DNA of 28,608 nucleotides from the sequence record DRR723986_5073. One strand, given 5' to 3'. Numbering within the stretch: position 1 is the first letter of the stretch; each line of letters begins with the position of its first letter. The translations under genes were made by a program, and so were the position numbers. Positions 16,714-25,903 of the stretch are shown one piece after another. The notes below the pieces were generated by a model. It was given only the letters and a program-made list of their open reading frames with translations. It did no database searches and was not told the DNA's origin.

Positions 16714-17637
16714 ATGACGAAGCTGAAAGTGGGCGTCGCGGGCGCAGGGGTGTTCGGGAACTACCATGCACAAAAAGCGGCGGCTTCGGTCAGGACTGAC
16801 CTGATTGGCGTCTACGACATCGACCTGGCCCGGGCGACACGCATCGCCGAACAGTTCGGCGCAAAAGGCTTCGACGATTATCAGGCCTTTCTCGACGCGT
16901 GCGACGCCGTCGTCATCGCCGTGCCCGCCACCTGGCATGAGCCGCTGGCCCGGCAGGCGATCGAAGCCCATCGCCATGTGCTGTGTGAGAAGCCGCTGGC
17001 CCTGACCGGAAAGGCCGCACGCTTCCTGGCGGACGAAGCCGCCGCGCATGGCCGCATTCTTCAGGTGGGTCATCAGGAACGTTTCGTGGCGAAGGCGATG
17101 GGCGTTCTGGCCATCGAGGAGAAGCCGCTTCTGCTGGAATCGGTCCGCGCTGGCCCACCTGCGCCGGACAATCGCGCGGGCGATGTATCAGTCATCTGGG
17201 ATCTGATGATCCATGACCTGGACCTTGCCGCGATGATGCTGGGTAATGAGTTCACCGGCGTGACCGCTACCGGGCGCCGGGTACATTCTGCCCATATCGA
17301 CGAAGCGACGGCGGAATTCTCCTATGCCTGCGGCGGCAAGGCCCGGCTGACCGCCAGCCGCGCGGCCACCGAGCGTCAGCGCTCCATGCATGTGGTTTAC
17401 CCGTCAGGGGAGATCGCCATCGATTTCCTGACCCGCAAGGTCGAGAACTCCACGCCCTATGAGATCAAGGTCGACATTTCCGCCGAGCTGCCTGATCCGC
17501 TGGGCGCGGCGGACGAGGGGTTCTACGCTGCCTGCCTTGGCCTTGCGCGCAGCCCGGTTCCGGCACACGGCACGGTCGGCGCGGTGGCAATGGCGGAAGC
17601 GGCCGAAGCCGCGGTACTGGCAAAGATCGACGCCTGA
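16714..17637 (+). CDS. Gfo/Idh/MocA NAD(P)-dependent oxidoreductase (GnnA-like)
   Basis: GVAGAGVFG Rossmann motif, CEKP, QVGHQERF, DVSVIWDLMIHDLD. Confidence 0.88.
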   Translation: MTKLKVGVAGAGVFGNYHAQKAAASVRTDLIGVYDIDLARATRIAEQFGAKGFDDYQAFLDACDAVVIAVPATWHEPLARQAIEAHRHVLCEKPLALTGKAARFLADEAAAHGRILQVGHQERFVAKAMGVLAIEEKPLLLESVRAGPPAPDNRAGDVSVIWDLMIHDLDLAAMMLGNEFTGVTATGRRVHSAHIDEATAEFSYACGGKARLTASRAATERQRSMHVVYPSGEIAIDFLTRKVENSTPYEIKVDISAELPDPLGAADEGFYAACLGLARSPVPAHGTVGAVAMAEAAEAAVLAKIDA

Positions 17638-18249
17638 TCAGGCCTCGCCGCGCCGGGCGGCCTGTTTCGGATCGTGCTTCGGCGCCGGGGCGAGACGCAT
17701 GACTTCGGTCTGGAAGCGCTCGTCATCCCCATCCAGCAGGAAGGGCAGGGCGCTGCCGATCGCGTCGACCATCGGCTCGAACCATTGAAGGTCTGCCTTG
17801 GTGAAGTCCGACAGGACATGCGGCATGACCATGGCCTTGTCGCCCGGATGCCCGATGCCAATGCGCACGCGGCGGAAATTCTCGCCGAGATGCGCCATCA
17901 TCGAGCGCACGCCATTATTGCCTGAATGCCCGCCGCCGCGTTTCACCCGCAGGCGCCCCGGCGCAAGATCAATCTCGTCATAGAAGACGGTCACATCCTC
18001 TGACGGGCGCTTGTAGAACTGCAGCACTTTTGAAAGCGCGCGTCCGGTCTCGTTGTAATAAGTCTGCGGTTTCACCAGCAGCACTTTCTGGCCGCCGACA
18101 TTGCCCTCCGCGATCAGGCTTTCAAATTTCGAGCGCCACGGACCGAAATTGTACCGGGCATGCAGCTCATCCAGCAGGATGAAGCCGACATTGTGCCGGT
18201 TCTTCGCGTAGCGGTCGGTGGGGTTTCCCTGTCCGGAAAGGATCAACAT
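17638..18249 (-). CDS. pth: Peptidyl-tRNA hydrolase
   Basis: GQGNP, NRHNVGF, KPQTYYN, YDEID, RVRIGIGHPG, HVLSDF; downstream of rplY. Confidence 0.96.
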   Translation of the reverse strand: MLILSGQGNPTDRYAKNRHNVGFILLDELHARYNFGPWRSKFESLIAEGNVGGQKVLLVKPQTYYNETGRALSKVLQFYKRPSEDVTVFYDEIDLAPGRLRVKRGGGHSGNNGVRSMMAHLGENFRRVRIGIGHPGDKAMVMPHVLSDFTKADLQWFEPMVDAIGSALPFLLDGDDERFQTEVMRLAPAPKHDPKQAARRGEA

Positions 18250-18281
18250 GAGGAATGCGCCTCCTGCCGGGGCTTGTGGGT

Positions 18282-18324
18282 AAAAACTGAACGGCCCGCC
18301 TGCAACATAGGACAGGCGGGCCGC
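18282..18324 (-). terminator. Intrinsic terminator after rplY
   Basis: Minus strand CGGCCCGCCTG-10 nt loop-CAGGCGGGCCG followed by TTCAGTTTTT. Confidence 0.75.
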
Positions 18325-18350
18325 ACGTTAAAGGATCGAAGGGAAGAGAC

Positions 18351-18998
18351 TTACTCTTCGGACTCTTCGCCGCCTTCTTCTTCAGCAGCTTCTTCTTCGC
18401 CAGCCTCGGCAGAGGTGTCATCGGCCTTGGCCGAGCGGCCGGCGATGGTGGCGATGGTGAAGTCACGGTCAGTGATGGTCGGCTCGGCATCGCCCGGCAG
18501 GGTAATGTCGGAGATCTTCACATTGTCGCCGACTTCCAGCTTGGAAACGTCTGCTTCCAGCGATTCCGGAATATGGCCGGCCGGAACGAGCAGTTCGACC
18601 GTGTGACGAACCACGTTGAGCGTGCCGCCCTTCTTGAGGCCAGGCGAGACTTCTTCGCCGACGAAGTGCACAACCACTTCAACCTTGATTTTCTGCTTGG
18701 CGTCGACGCGGAACAGGTCGACGTGCATCGGCTGATCGGTGACCGGGTGCATCTGGATCGCCTGCGGGATCACCAGCTGCTTCTCGCCATTGTGAACGAG
18801 CGTTGCGGTGGAAGACAGGAAGTGGCCGGTTTCGATCGCCTTCTGAACTTCGTTGCGCTTCAGGCTGATCGCCACCGGATCCTGGCCGCCGCCATAGAGG
18901 ACACCGGGCACGAGGCCTTGCTTGCGGGCCGCACGGGCGCCGCCGGTGCCGGTACGCTCACGCAGTTCGACATTGAAGCTAATCTGTTGTTTTGACAT
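18351..18998 (-). CDS. rplY: 50S ribosomal protein bL25 / general stress protein Ctc (215 aa, start MSKQQ)
   Basis: RERTGTGGARAARKQGLVPGVLYG, QMHPVTD..HVDL, SPGLKKGG, acidic tail; AAAGGA RBS. Confidence 0.96.
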   Translation of the reverse strand: MSKQQISFNVELRERTGTGGARAARKQGLVPGVLYGGGQDPVAISLKRNEVQKAIETGHFLSSTATLVHNGEKQLVIPQAIQMHPVTDQPMHVDLFRVDAKQKIKVEVVVHFVGEEVSPGLKKGGTLNVVRHTVELLVPAGHIPESLEADVSKLEVGDNVKISDITLPGDAEPTITDRDFTIATIAGRSAKADDTSAEAGEEEAAEEEGGEESEE

Positions 18999-19090
18999 TT
19001 TTTTTCCTTTCGCCCTCGACTCCGCCTCGCCATTCCGGTGAGGTGAGAAGCTGACACGCACGGCCTCGCGCCGCCGTTTCTGAAGGCGCG

Positions 19091-19119
19091 CAGGTAGCCC
19101 ATAAGCCCTGTAATGGCAA
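19091..19119 (-). promoter_or_regulatory. Putative sigma70 promoter of rplY
   Basis: TTGCCA (19119-19114), 17-nt spacer, (GC)TACCTG (19096-19091). Confidence 0.5.
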
Positions 19120-19191
19120 GGCTTTCCGGCAGGTTCCGCCGGTGCGCCTGCAACGCTTTCCTTTCGCTGACATTCATTCGGATTTCCCCTC

Positions 19192-19203
19192 AGACCAAGG
19201 TCG
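19192..19203. promoter_or_regulatory. Candidate CrbR/ErdR box (GAC-N4-GTC) upstream of the 64-aa membrane protein gene
   Basis: aGACcaagGTCg; a TAAACT -10-like element at 19229-19234 would place the box centre near -43. Confidence 0.5.
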
Positions 19204-19259
19204 GGGATGGTGGTGGGCACAAATTGCGTAAACTGGTGAAAAGAATACGGGAGGAAAAG

Positions 19260-19454
19260 ATGCTGAAATCGCATGTGATGATGGCCTTCGGCCTGTTGAT
19301 GGCCGCGATCTATGCGGTGCGTCTCGCGTCGGGCTTCAGCTTGTCGAACGGGGTGGATCTCGGTGAGGTCTACCTGATCGGCGGGCTGGGACTGGCCGGG
19401 GCGCTGCTGTGGAGCGGCTGGAAAGAACGCCGCTACGCAAAGCGCATCCGGTAG
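19260..19454 (+). CDS. Small two-TM membrane protein, 64 aa
   Basis: GGGAGG RBS before ATG 19260; MLKSHVMMAFGLLMAAIYAVRLASG...VYLIGGLGLAGALLWSGWKERRYAKRIR has two hydrophobic helices and a basic tail; followed by a terminator-like hairpin. Confidence 0.72.
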   Translation: MLKSHVMMAFGLLMAAIYAVRLASGFSLSNGVDLGEVYLIGGLGLAGALLWSGWKERRYAKRIR

Positions 19455-19472
19455 GAAAGCTAAGACCAAAGT

Positions 19473-19496
19473 GGGGCTGTCTGAGACAGCCCTTTT
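19473..19496 (+). terminator. Terminator-like hairpin after the small membrane gene
   Basis: GGGCTGTCT-G-AGACAGCCC followed by TTTT. Confidence 0.6.
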
Positions 19497-19623
19497 GCGT
19501 CAGCGTACAACCTGCGGCTGCCGCAACCAGACAACAAGAACGGCCATGGAAGCCGGCGACGGCATTGGCCGACAAGGCCCGGCAAGGGGCCCCGGTAAAG
19601 GTCAAAGGGAGGAAACGGAAACT

Positions 19624-19890
19624 ATGACTCACAACATCAAAGAGATTGATGCGAAGGGGTACTGGCGCGACGTCGTCAAGCTGACCCTGAGCCTTCTCGC
19701 CATCTGGTTCATCGTGTCGTACGGGGCAGGTATCCTGTTCCGCAGCGTCCTCGACCAGGTGTCGATCGGCGGCGCGCCGCTTGGATTCTGGTTCGCGCAG
19801 AACGGATCCATCTACGTCTTCGTGGGGCTCATTTTCTACTACTGCCGGGCGATGAACCGCTTGGAGAAGAAATACGGCGTGGAGGCCTGA
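19624..19890 (+). CDS. DUF4212 solute:sodium symporter small subunit (88 aa, start MTHNIK)
   Basis: YWR...LLAIWFIVSYG, GAPLGFWFAQNGSIYVFV; GGGAGG RBS; 4 nt before the SSS gene. Confidence 0.92.
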   Translation: MTHNIKEIDAKGYWRDVVKLTLSLLAIWFIVSYGAGILFRSVLDQVSIGGAPLGFWFAQNGSIYVFVGLIFYYCRAMNRLEKKYGVEA

Positions 19891-19894
19891 GACG

Positions 19895-21664
19895 ATGGGC
19901 GGAGAGGAATTCTGGACCTATTTCTGGGTCGTCCTGACTTTCGGGACGTATATCGGCATCGCGCTCTGGGCGCGGGCTGGCTCGACCGACGACTTCTATG
20001 TCGCCGGACATGATGTTCACCCCACCGTCAACGGCATGGCCACGGCGGCCGACTGGATGTCGGCGGCTTCTTTCCTGTCGATGGCGGGCCTGATTGCCTT
20101 CATGGGCTATGGCGGTTCTGTCTACCTGATGGGCTGGACCGGCGGTTACGTCCTGCTGGCCCTGCTGCTGGCGCCATTCCTGCGTGAATTCGGCAAGTTC
20201 ACTGTGCCGGACTTTGTGGGCGACCGCTATTACTCGACCACGGCCCGCCTGATCGCGGTTGTCTGTGCTCTGTTCGTTTCGTTCACCTATATCGCCGGAC
20301 AGATGAAGGGCGTGGGCGTGGCCTTCTCGGGCTTCCTCGGTGTCGAGTTCAACACCGGCATCATGGTCGGCATGGCCATCGTGTTCGTCTATGCCGTGCT
20401 CGGCGGCATGAAGGGCGTCACCTATACGCAGGTGGCACAATATGTCGTGCTGATCTTCGCTTACACGGTACCTGCGATCTTCATTTCACTGATCGTTACC
20501 GGAAATCCGATCCCGCAGCTTGGCTTCATTTCCAATGTGAAGGGTGAGGATATCTCAATGCTCGGGAAGCTGAACACCGTCGTGACGGATCTCGGCTTCA
20601 TGGAATACACGCAGACCGACAAGTCCATGCTCGACGTGATTGCCATCACCGGCGCGCTGATGTTCGGCACGGCTGGCCTGCCGCACGTGATCATCCGCTT
20701 CTTCACCGTGTCGAGCGCAGGTGCTGCCCGCGTGTCGGCCGGCTGGGCGCTGGTGTTCATCGCGCTTCTCTACACGACGGCCCCGGCTGTGGCCTCGCTG
20801 GCCCGTCTCAACTTCATCGATACAGTGAACGAGACGACCTATATCGCATCCGATGCCGACTATGACACCGAAGCGGCGGCCATCGTGGCCGAAGGCGGCA
20901 AGCCGATCCCGAAATGGTTCAAGGACTGGGAAAAGATTGGCCTGCTGGAAGTGACCGACAAGAATGGTGACGGCGTCGTCCAGTACCGGGCCGGTGCGGA
21001 CAATGAAGTCACCAAGCTGGACCGCGACATCATCGTGACGGCGAACCCCTCCATCGCAGGCCTTCCGGCCTGGGTGATCGGCCTCGTCGTGGCAGGCGGC
21101 CTTGCGGCGGCGCTGTCGACGGCAGCGGGCCTGTTGATGGTGATCTCGTCCTCGGTCAGCCACGACCTCTGCCGACGGACTTTCTTCAAGGGCATGACCG
21201 ACCAGCAGGAGCTGCTCACCGCCCGCGGAGCGGCGGCAGGAGCTGTGGTCCTCGCCGGGATCATGGGGATGAACACATCCGCCCTTGGTTTTGTGGCGCA
21301 GGTGGTTGCCTTCGCCTTCGGCCTCGCCGCGGCATCCCTGTTCCCGGTCATCGTGCTTGGCATCTTCTGGAAACGGATGAACCGCGAAGGCGCCATCGCT
21401 TCGATGCTCACCGGCCTCATCACCACCTTCTGGTACATCTACCACTTCAAGTTCGTGGACACGGATTCCTCGCACTGGTGGCTCGGTGTGTCGCCTGAAG
21501 GGATCGGCTTTGTCTTCATGTTCCTGTCGCTGACAGTGGGCGTCGTGGTTGCCCTGGTAACCGCACCTCCGCCGCAGGACATCCAGGACCTGGTGGAAGA
21601 CATCCGCGTGCCGGGGACCCGTACCGCGCACGGCATCGCCGATGCGGAAATGCTGCCCGATTGA
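19895..21664 (+). CDS. actP: Sodium:solute symporter, ActP-like acetate permease (VC_2705-type subfamily)
   Basis: NGMATAADWMSAASFLS, LMGWTGGYVLLA, FGKFTVPDF, GTAGLPHVIIRFF, AAALSTAAGLL; context with acs and crbS/R. Confidence 0.88.
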   Translation: MGGEEFWTYFWVVLTFGTYIGIALWARAGSTDDFYVAGHDVHPTVNGMATAADWMSAASFLSMAGLIAFMGYGGSVYLMGWTGGYVLLALLLAPFLREFGKFTVPDFVGDRYYSTTARLIAVVCALFVSFTYIAGQMKGVGVAFSGFLGVEFNTGIMVGMAIVFVYAVLGGMKGVTYTQVAQYVVLIFAYTVPAIFISLIVTGNPIPQLGFISNVKGEDISMLGKLNTVVTDLGFMEYTQTDKSMLDVIAITGALMFGTAGLPHVIIRFFTVSSAGAARVSAGWALVFIALLYTTAPAVASLARLNFIDTVNETTYIASDADYDTEAAAIVAEGGKPIPKWFKDWEKIGLLEVTDKNGDGVVQYRAGADNEVTKLDRDIIVTANPSIAGLPAWVIGLVVAGGLAAALSTAAGLLMVISSSVSHDLCRRTFFKGMTDQQELLTARGAAAGAVVLAGIMGMNTSALGFVAQVVAFAFGLAAASLFPVIVLGIFWKRMNREGAIASMLTGLITTFWYIYHFKFVDTDSSHWWLGVSPEGIGFVFMFLSLTVGVVVALVTAPPPQDIQDLVEDIRVPGTRTAHGIADAEMLPD

Positions 21665-21693
21665 GAAGGCAGCAGCCTGTAACCTTCCTGAAC

Positions 21694-21730
21694 TGGGCGG
21701 TCCGTCAGAGCGGACCGCCCATTTTGGTTT
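21694..21730 (+). terminator. Intrinsic terminator after the SSS permease
   Basis: TGGGCGGTCCG-tcagag-CGGACCGCCCA followed by TTTTGGTTTT. Confidence 0.85.
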
Positions 21731-21806
21731 TCTGCGCCAGACTTTGGGCGAACTTGCCAGACGGGCGCCTGCCGGGTGAAGATCGGTCCTCAAGGAGTAT
21801 TCGTCC

Positions 21807-24800
21807 ATGCCGGTCTGGCTGATTGTTGGGGCAACGGGGCTGTATGTGCTCGGCCTGTTCGCCATCGCCTGGCGCGGCGACCGGCGCGCGCTGGACCCGT
21901 CGGCCAGGCATAGCCCCTACATCTATGCCCTCGCGCTGGCGGTATATTGCACCTCGTGGACCTTCTTTGGCGCGGTGGGCACGTCGGCGACCAGCGGCTG
22001 GGACTATCTGGCCATCTATCTCGGGCCTGCGCTCGTCTTCCTGTTCCTGCCAGACCTGATCCGGCGGATCGGGGACGTGGCGCAGCGGGAAAGTATCTCG
22101 TCCCTCTCGGACTTTCTGTCCGCCCGTTACGGCAAGAGCCGCGGCGTTGGCGCGCTGGCAGCCCTGGCGGCCGTCGCGGGCAGCCTGCCTTACATCGCGC
22201 TGCAGCTGAAATCCGTGGGTATGAGCTTTCAGGCACTCGCCTATGGCGCGGAGAATGCGGGCGGACGGCCCGCCAGCCAGACCGTGCTGTTCACAGCGCT
22301 CGCCATGGGCGTGTTCGCCATCCTGTTCGGCGCCCGCCAGTCGGACGCAACGCGTCGCAATGCCGGCCTGATGCAGGTGCTGGCGCTGGAAGCAATGATC
22401 AAGCTCGTGGCGCTGGTCGCGGTCGCGGCTCTTTCCCTGTCGCTGGTGACCTCACCGGATATTGAAGTCCCGCCGCAGGCGACGGAGCCCTTTTCCGGCG
22501 GACTGCTCTCTCAGCGCATGATCACGACCACGCTCCTCTCCATGTGCGCCATTATCTGTCTGCCGCGCCAGTTCCATGTCGCCATCATCGAGCGGCGCAA
22601 TCCGCAAGAGGTGCAGACCGCGCGCATCGTGTTTGTGGCGTACCTCGCCCTGACCAGCGCGGTCGTGATCCCGATCACGATTGCCGGCCTGTCGACACTT
22701 GGCGCAGACGTGCCGCCTGACCTGTTCGTGCTGGACCTGCCGCTTGCCCGCGATAACGGGCTGCTGGCCCTGTTCGTGTTCCTGGGCGGCTTCTCGGCGG
22801 CGACTGGCATGGTCATCGTTTCCAGCGTGGCGCTGTCGACCATGGTGACGAACGATTTGATCGTGCCGGCAGTCATGCAGACCGGCCGTTTCGCCAGCCT
22901 TGGCGGCAATTCCGGCGCGCGCCTCACCATGATCCGCCGCGGTGTGATCATCGTCATCGTGTTATGCGCCTATGGCTATTACCGGCTGGCCGGGACGGGG
23001 GAGGCGCTGGCGCAGATCGGCCTCCTGTCATTTGCGGCGGCGGCCCAGTTCGCCCCGGCCCTGATTGGCGCCGTCTATTGGCGCAGCGGGCGTCGGGCGG
23101 GGGTTGTGTGGGGGCTGGCCCTCGGCATGGGGCTGTGGGCGTACACGCTGTTCCTGCCGGCCATCCTGCAGCCGGACCGGATGGCGGCCGCCGTGCCGGG
23201 CTGGCTGGATCCCCACGCCCTCTTCGGCGTCCGGTTCGACGATAGCCTGATCCATGGTGTGGTGTGGAGCCTTAGCGCCAATATCGCCGCCTATGTGATC
23301 CTGTCGCTGCGCTCGCGTGAGCGTCTGCGGGACAAGGTCCAGTCATCGGTCTTTGTGGGTGACGCTGAAAGGTTGGGGCATACCGAGACCGGCGCGTCGG
23401 ACACAGTGGCTTCCGTGACCCCGAACGGGCTGAAAACGCTTGCCTCGCGCTTCCTCAATCCGGAAGCCGTCGAGCATGCCTTTGCTGACTTCGAGCGCGT
23501 GTCGGGTGTCCCGGCATCCGGTGACGGCCCGGCCGACTGGCAACTCGTTCAGCGGACGGAGCGCCTTCTGGCCTCGGCGCTTGGAGCATCTTCTGCGCGG
23601 GTTGTGCTGGCCTCGGCCATCGGCGGCAATCAGGTAGCCCTGCGGGACGTCCTGTCCATGCTGGACCACAAGACGCAGGCTGAACGCTTCGACCGGCACA
23701 TGCTGCAGTCCATGCTGGAGAATATCTCGCAGGGGATCTCCGTGGTGGATGCCGACCAGCGCCTTGTCGCATGGAACACGGCCTATCTGGACCTGTTCCA
23801 CTTTCCCAATGAACTAGTCACGGTGGGCACACCGGTGGCGAAGCTGATCGAATACAATCTGAAATCTGGCTGGATCGAGGGTGACCCGGTCGAGGAAACC
23901 CAACGCCGGGTCGCGCACATGCGGGCGGGGCACCAGCACACCTATGAACGGCGCAATCCGGACGGCCGCTATCTGCGCATCGTCGGCAATCCGACCCCGG
24001 GCGGCGGCTATGTGACGACCTTCACCGATATCACAGAGGACAAGCTGCGCGAGCGGGCGCTGATCGAGGCAAACGAAACGCTGGAGACGCGAGTCCGCGA
24101 ACGCACGCACGATCTGGAAGAGATGGCGCAGGACCTGGACCTTGCCCGCCGCGACGCGGAAGGCGCGAATGCCTCGAAGACGCGCTTCCTCGCGGCAGCC
24201 AGCCATGACCTGCTGCAGCCGCTGAATGCGGCGCGTCTGTTCCTCGGGTCCATCCGTGCGGACGAGCAGGGGCAGGGACTGGTCTCGCGCGCCGACAAGG
24301 CCATTCAGTCAGCGGACGAACTGATCCGCGGCCTGCTGGACATTTCCCGGCTGGACCATGGCAGTATCGCGCCGAAACCGGTGCAGCTGCCGGTCGGACC
24401 CTTGCTGGAAGATCTGGTCGAGGAAGCCATGCCCATGGCTGAACAGGCCGGAATTGAAATGCGGATCGCCCCGTCCAGCCTGGTGGTGGAAGTCGATTCG
24501 GATTTCCTTAAAAGCATTCTTCGCAATTTCATCTCCAACGCCCGCCGATACACGCGCGAAGGCGCCGTGCTGGTTGGCACCCGGCGTCGCGGCGACATGG
24601 CTCAGATCGAGGTCTGGGATACCGGGCCGGGCATTCCGGCCGACAGCCTGCCGATGATCTTCGAGGAGTTCCGGCGGTTCGAAGACACCGACAATACAGG
24701 CATCCGGGGCGCCGGCCTCGGCTTGCCGGTTTCGAAACGCCTGGCAGACCTGATGGACGCAAAAATCAATATCCGCTCAGTGCCGGGCCGGGGCAGCGTC

Positions 24801-25262
24801 TTCTCCGTCACAGTGCCGCTTGCGGCCACGCACGGGAAACGCAAGCGCTCTGTCTCCAAAACGGCCCCGCGAAAGCCCGTGAGCCTCGCCAATCTGAATG
24901 TGCTGGTGGTCGATGATGAGGCTGCCATTGTTGACGGGATGACCGCGCTGCTGACCGGCTGGGGCTGCAAGGTGCGCGGCGCCCGCTCCGCGGCCGAGGC
25001 GCAGGGCTGGCTGGAGGCGGAGAGCTTCGACGCCATGATCGCAGACCTGAACCTGCAGGATGCCGTCGACGGCTTCGACCTGATCGCCATGAGCCGTCCA
25101 AAACTCGCATCCGCCGGCAATGTCCTGCTGCTGACCGCGGCGGCGAATCAGGCGGTGCGTACACAGGCTGAGATCGACGGCATCGCCATGCTGCGCAAAC
25201 CGGCCGCGCCGGACGATATCCGTCGTTTCCTTGAGGACCTCGCGCAAAACGTCACCGCCTGA
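21807..25262 (+). CDS. crbS: SLC5-STAC-PAS-HisKA-HATPase-REC hybrid sensor kinase (CrbS/MxtR-like)
   Basis: N-terminal SSS domain (YALALAVYCTSWTFFGAVG, PYIALQLK, LPRQFHV); STAC-like ERLLASALGASSARVVL; PAS (SQGISVVDADQRLVAWN); H-box ASHDLLQPL; NFISNA, DTGPGI, GAGLGL; C-terminal REC (VVDDE, IAD, LTA, KP). Confidence 0.9.
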   Translation: MPVWLIVGATGLYVLGLFAIAWRGDRRALDPSARHSPYIYALALAVYCTSWTFFGAVGTSATSGWDYLAIYLGPALVFLFLPDLIRRIGDVAQRESISSLSDFLSARYGKSRGVGALAALAAVAGSLPYIALQLKSVGMSFQALAYGAENAGGRPASQTVLFTALAMGVFAILFGARQSDATRRNAGLMQVLALEAMIKLVALVAVAALSLSLVTSPDIEVPPQATEPFSGGLLSQRMITTTLLSMCAIICLPRQFHVAIIERRNPQEVQTARIVFVAYLALTSAVVIPITIAGLSTLGADVPPDLFVLDLPLARDNGLLALFVFLGGFSAATGMVIVSSVALSTMVTNDLIVPAVMQTGRFASLGGNSGARLTMIRRGVIIVIVLCAYGYYRLAGTGEALAQIGLLSFAAAAQFAPALIGAVYWRSGRRAGVVWGLALGMGLWAYTLFLPAILQPDRMAAAVPGWLDPHALFGVRFDDSLIHGVVWSLSANIAAYVILSLRSRERLRDKVQSSVFVGDAERLGHTETGASDTVASVTPNGLKTLASRFLNPEAVEHAFADFERVSGVPASGDGPADWQLVQRTERLLASALGASSARVVLASAIGGNQVALRDVLSMLDHKTQAERFDRHMLQSMLENISQGISVVDADQRLVAWNTAYLDLFHFPNELVTVGTPVAKLIEYNLKSGWIEGDPVEETQRRVAHMRAGHQHTYERRNPDGRYLRIVGNPTPGGGYVTTFTDITEDKLRERALIEANETLETRVRERTHDLEEMAQDLDLARRDAEGANASKTRFLAAASHDLLQPLNAARLFLGSIRADEQGQGLVSRADKAIQSADELIRGLLDISRLDHGSIAPKPVQLPVGPLLEDLVEEAMPMAEQAGIEMRIAPSSLVVEVDSDFLKSILRNFISNARRYTREGAVLVGTRRRGDMAQIEVWDTGPGIPADSLPMIFEEFRRFEDTDNTGIRGAGLGLPVSKRLADLMDAKINIRSVPGRGSVFSVTVPLAATHGKRKRSVSKTAPRKPVSLANLNVLVVDDEAAIVDGMTALLTGWGCKVRGARSAAEAQGWLEAESFDAMIADLNLQDAVDGFDLIAMSRPKLASAGNVLLLTAAANQAVRTQAEIDGIAMLRKPAAPDDIRRFLEDLAQNVTA

Positions 25263-25270
25263 CGGCGGGC

Positions 25271-25903
25271 TCAGAGCGAGGTGGCTTCCTTGTAGATGAG
25301 CAGCGCCTGCGTGCGGTTATTGGCGCCCAGCTTGCGGAAAATCGCCGTCATGTGCGCTTTTACCGTGGCGACCGAAATATCCATTTCATAGGCAATCTGC
25401 TTGTTCAGCAGGCCGTCATTGAGACCGGACAGAACCTTGCGCTGGGCGGGTGTCAGGTCCGCCACGCGGGCGAGGAGTTCTTCCCGGTTGGCATCGGCTG
25501 CATCGTTTGCCGGCGGGAACCATTGCCCGCCGTCCAGCGCCGTGGCGAGCGCGGCGGAGAGGTCCTCCATCGACATGCTCTTGGGCAGGTATCCGGCCGC
25601 GCCAAGCGCCCGGGCCGTGCCGAATGCCTGAGACGCGTCGGTCGCGGAAACCACGACAATCGGGCACCCGGGCCCCGCCGCCATCAGCCGGGTCAGCCCG
25701 TCGAATTCCTGCGTATCGCCGAGAGTGAGGTCCAGCAGGATCAGATCGAAGCGTTGCTCTTTTAGCTTGGAAAGCGCCTCCGCCAGGCTGCTGGCGTGCT
25801 GCGCGGTGGCGCCATCCGGAAAAGCCGTGCCAAGCGCAGCTTCGAGCGCGTCACGGAACAATGGGTGATCGTCCACGATCAGGACGGTCGGAACCAGTCC
25901 CAT
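25271..25903 (-). CDS. crbR: NarL/LuxR-family response regulator (CrbR/ErdR-like), start MGLVPTV, 210 aa
   Basis: VDDHPLFRDAL, LLDL, VVSA, YLPKS, LTPAQ..VL..GLLNKQIAYEMDISVATVKAHMTAIFRKLG..NRTQA; GGAGG RBS. Confidence 0.87.
   Translation of the reverse strand: MGLVPTVLIVDDHPLFRDALEAALGTAFPDGATAQHASSLAEALSKLKEQRFDLILLDLTLGDTQEFDGLTRLMAAGPGCPIVVVSATDASQAFGTARALGAAGYLPKSMSMEDLSAALATALDGGQWFPPANDAADANREELLARVADLTPAQRKVLSGLNDGLLNKQIAYEMDISVATVKAHMTAIFRKLGANNRTQALLIYKEATSL

Noticed and set aside
18999-19469. 157-aa N-terminal extension of rplY in the ORF track
   Set aside because: bL25 similarity and RBS start at 18998; the extension spans the promoter and the opposite-strand small gene
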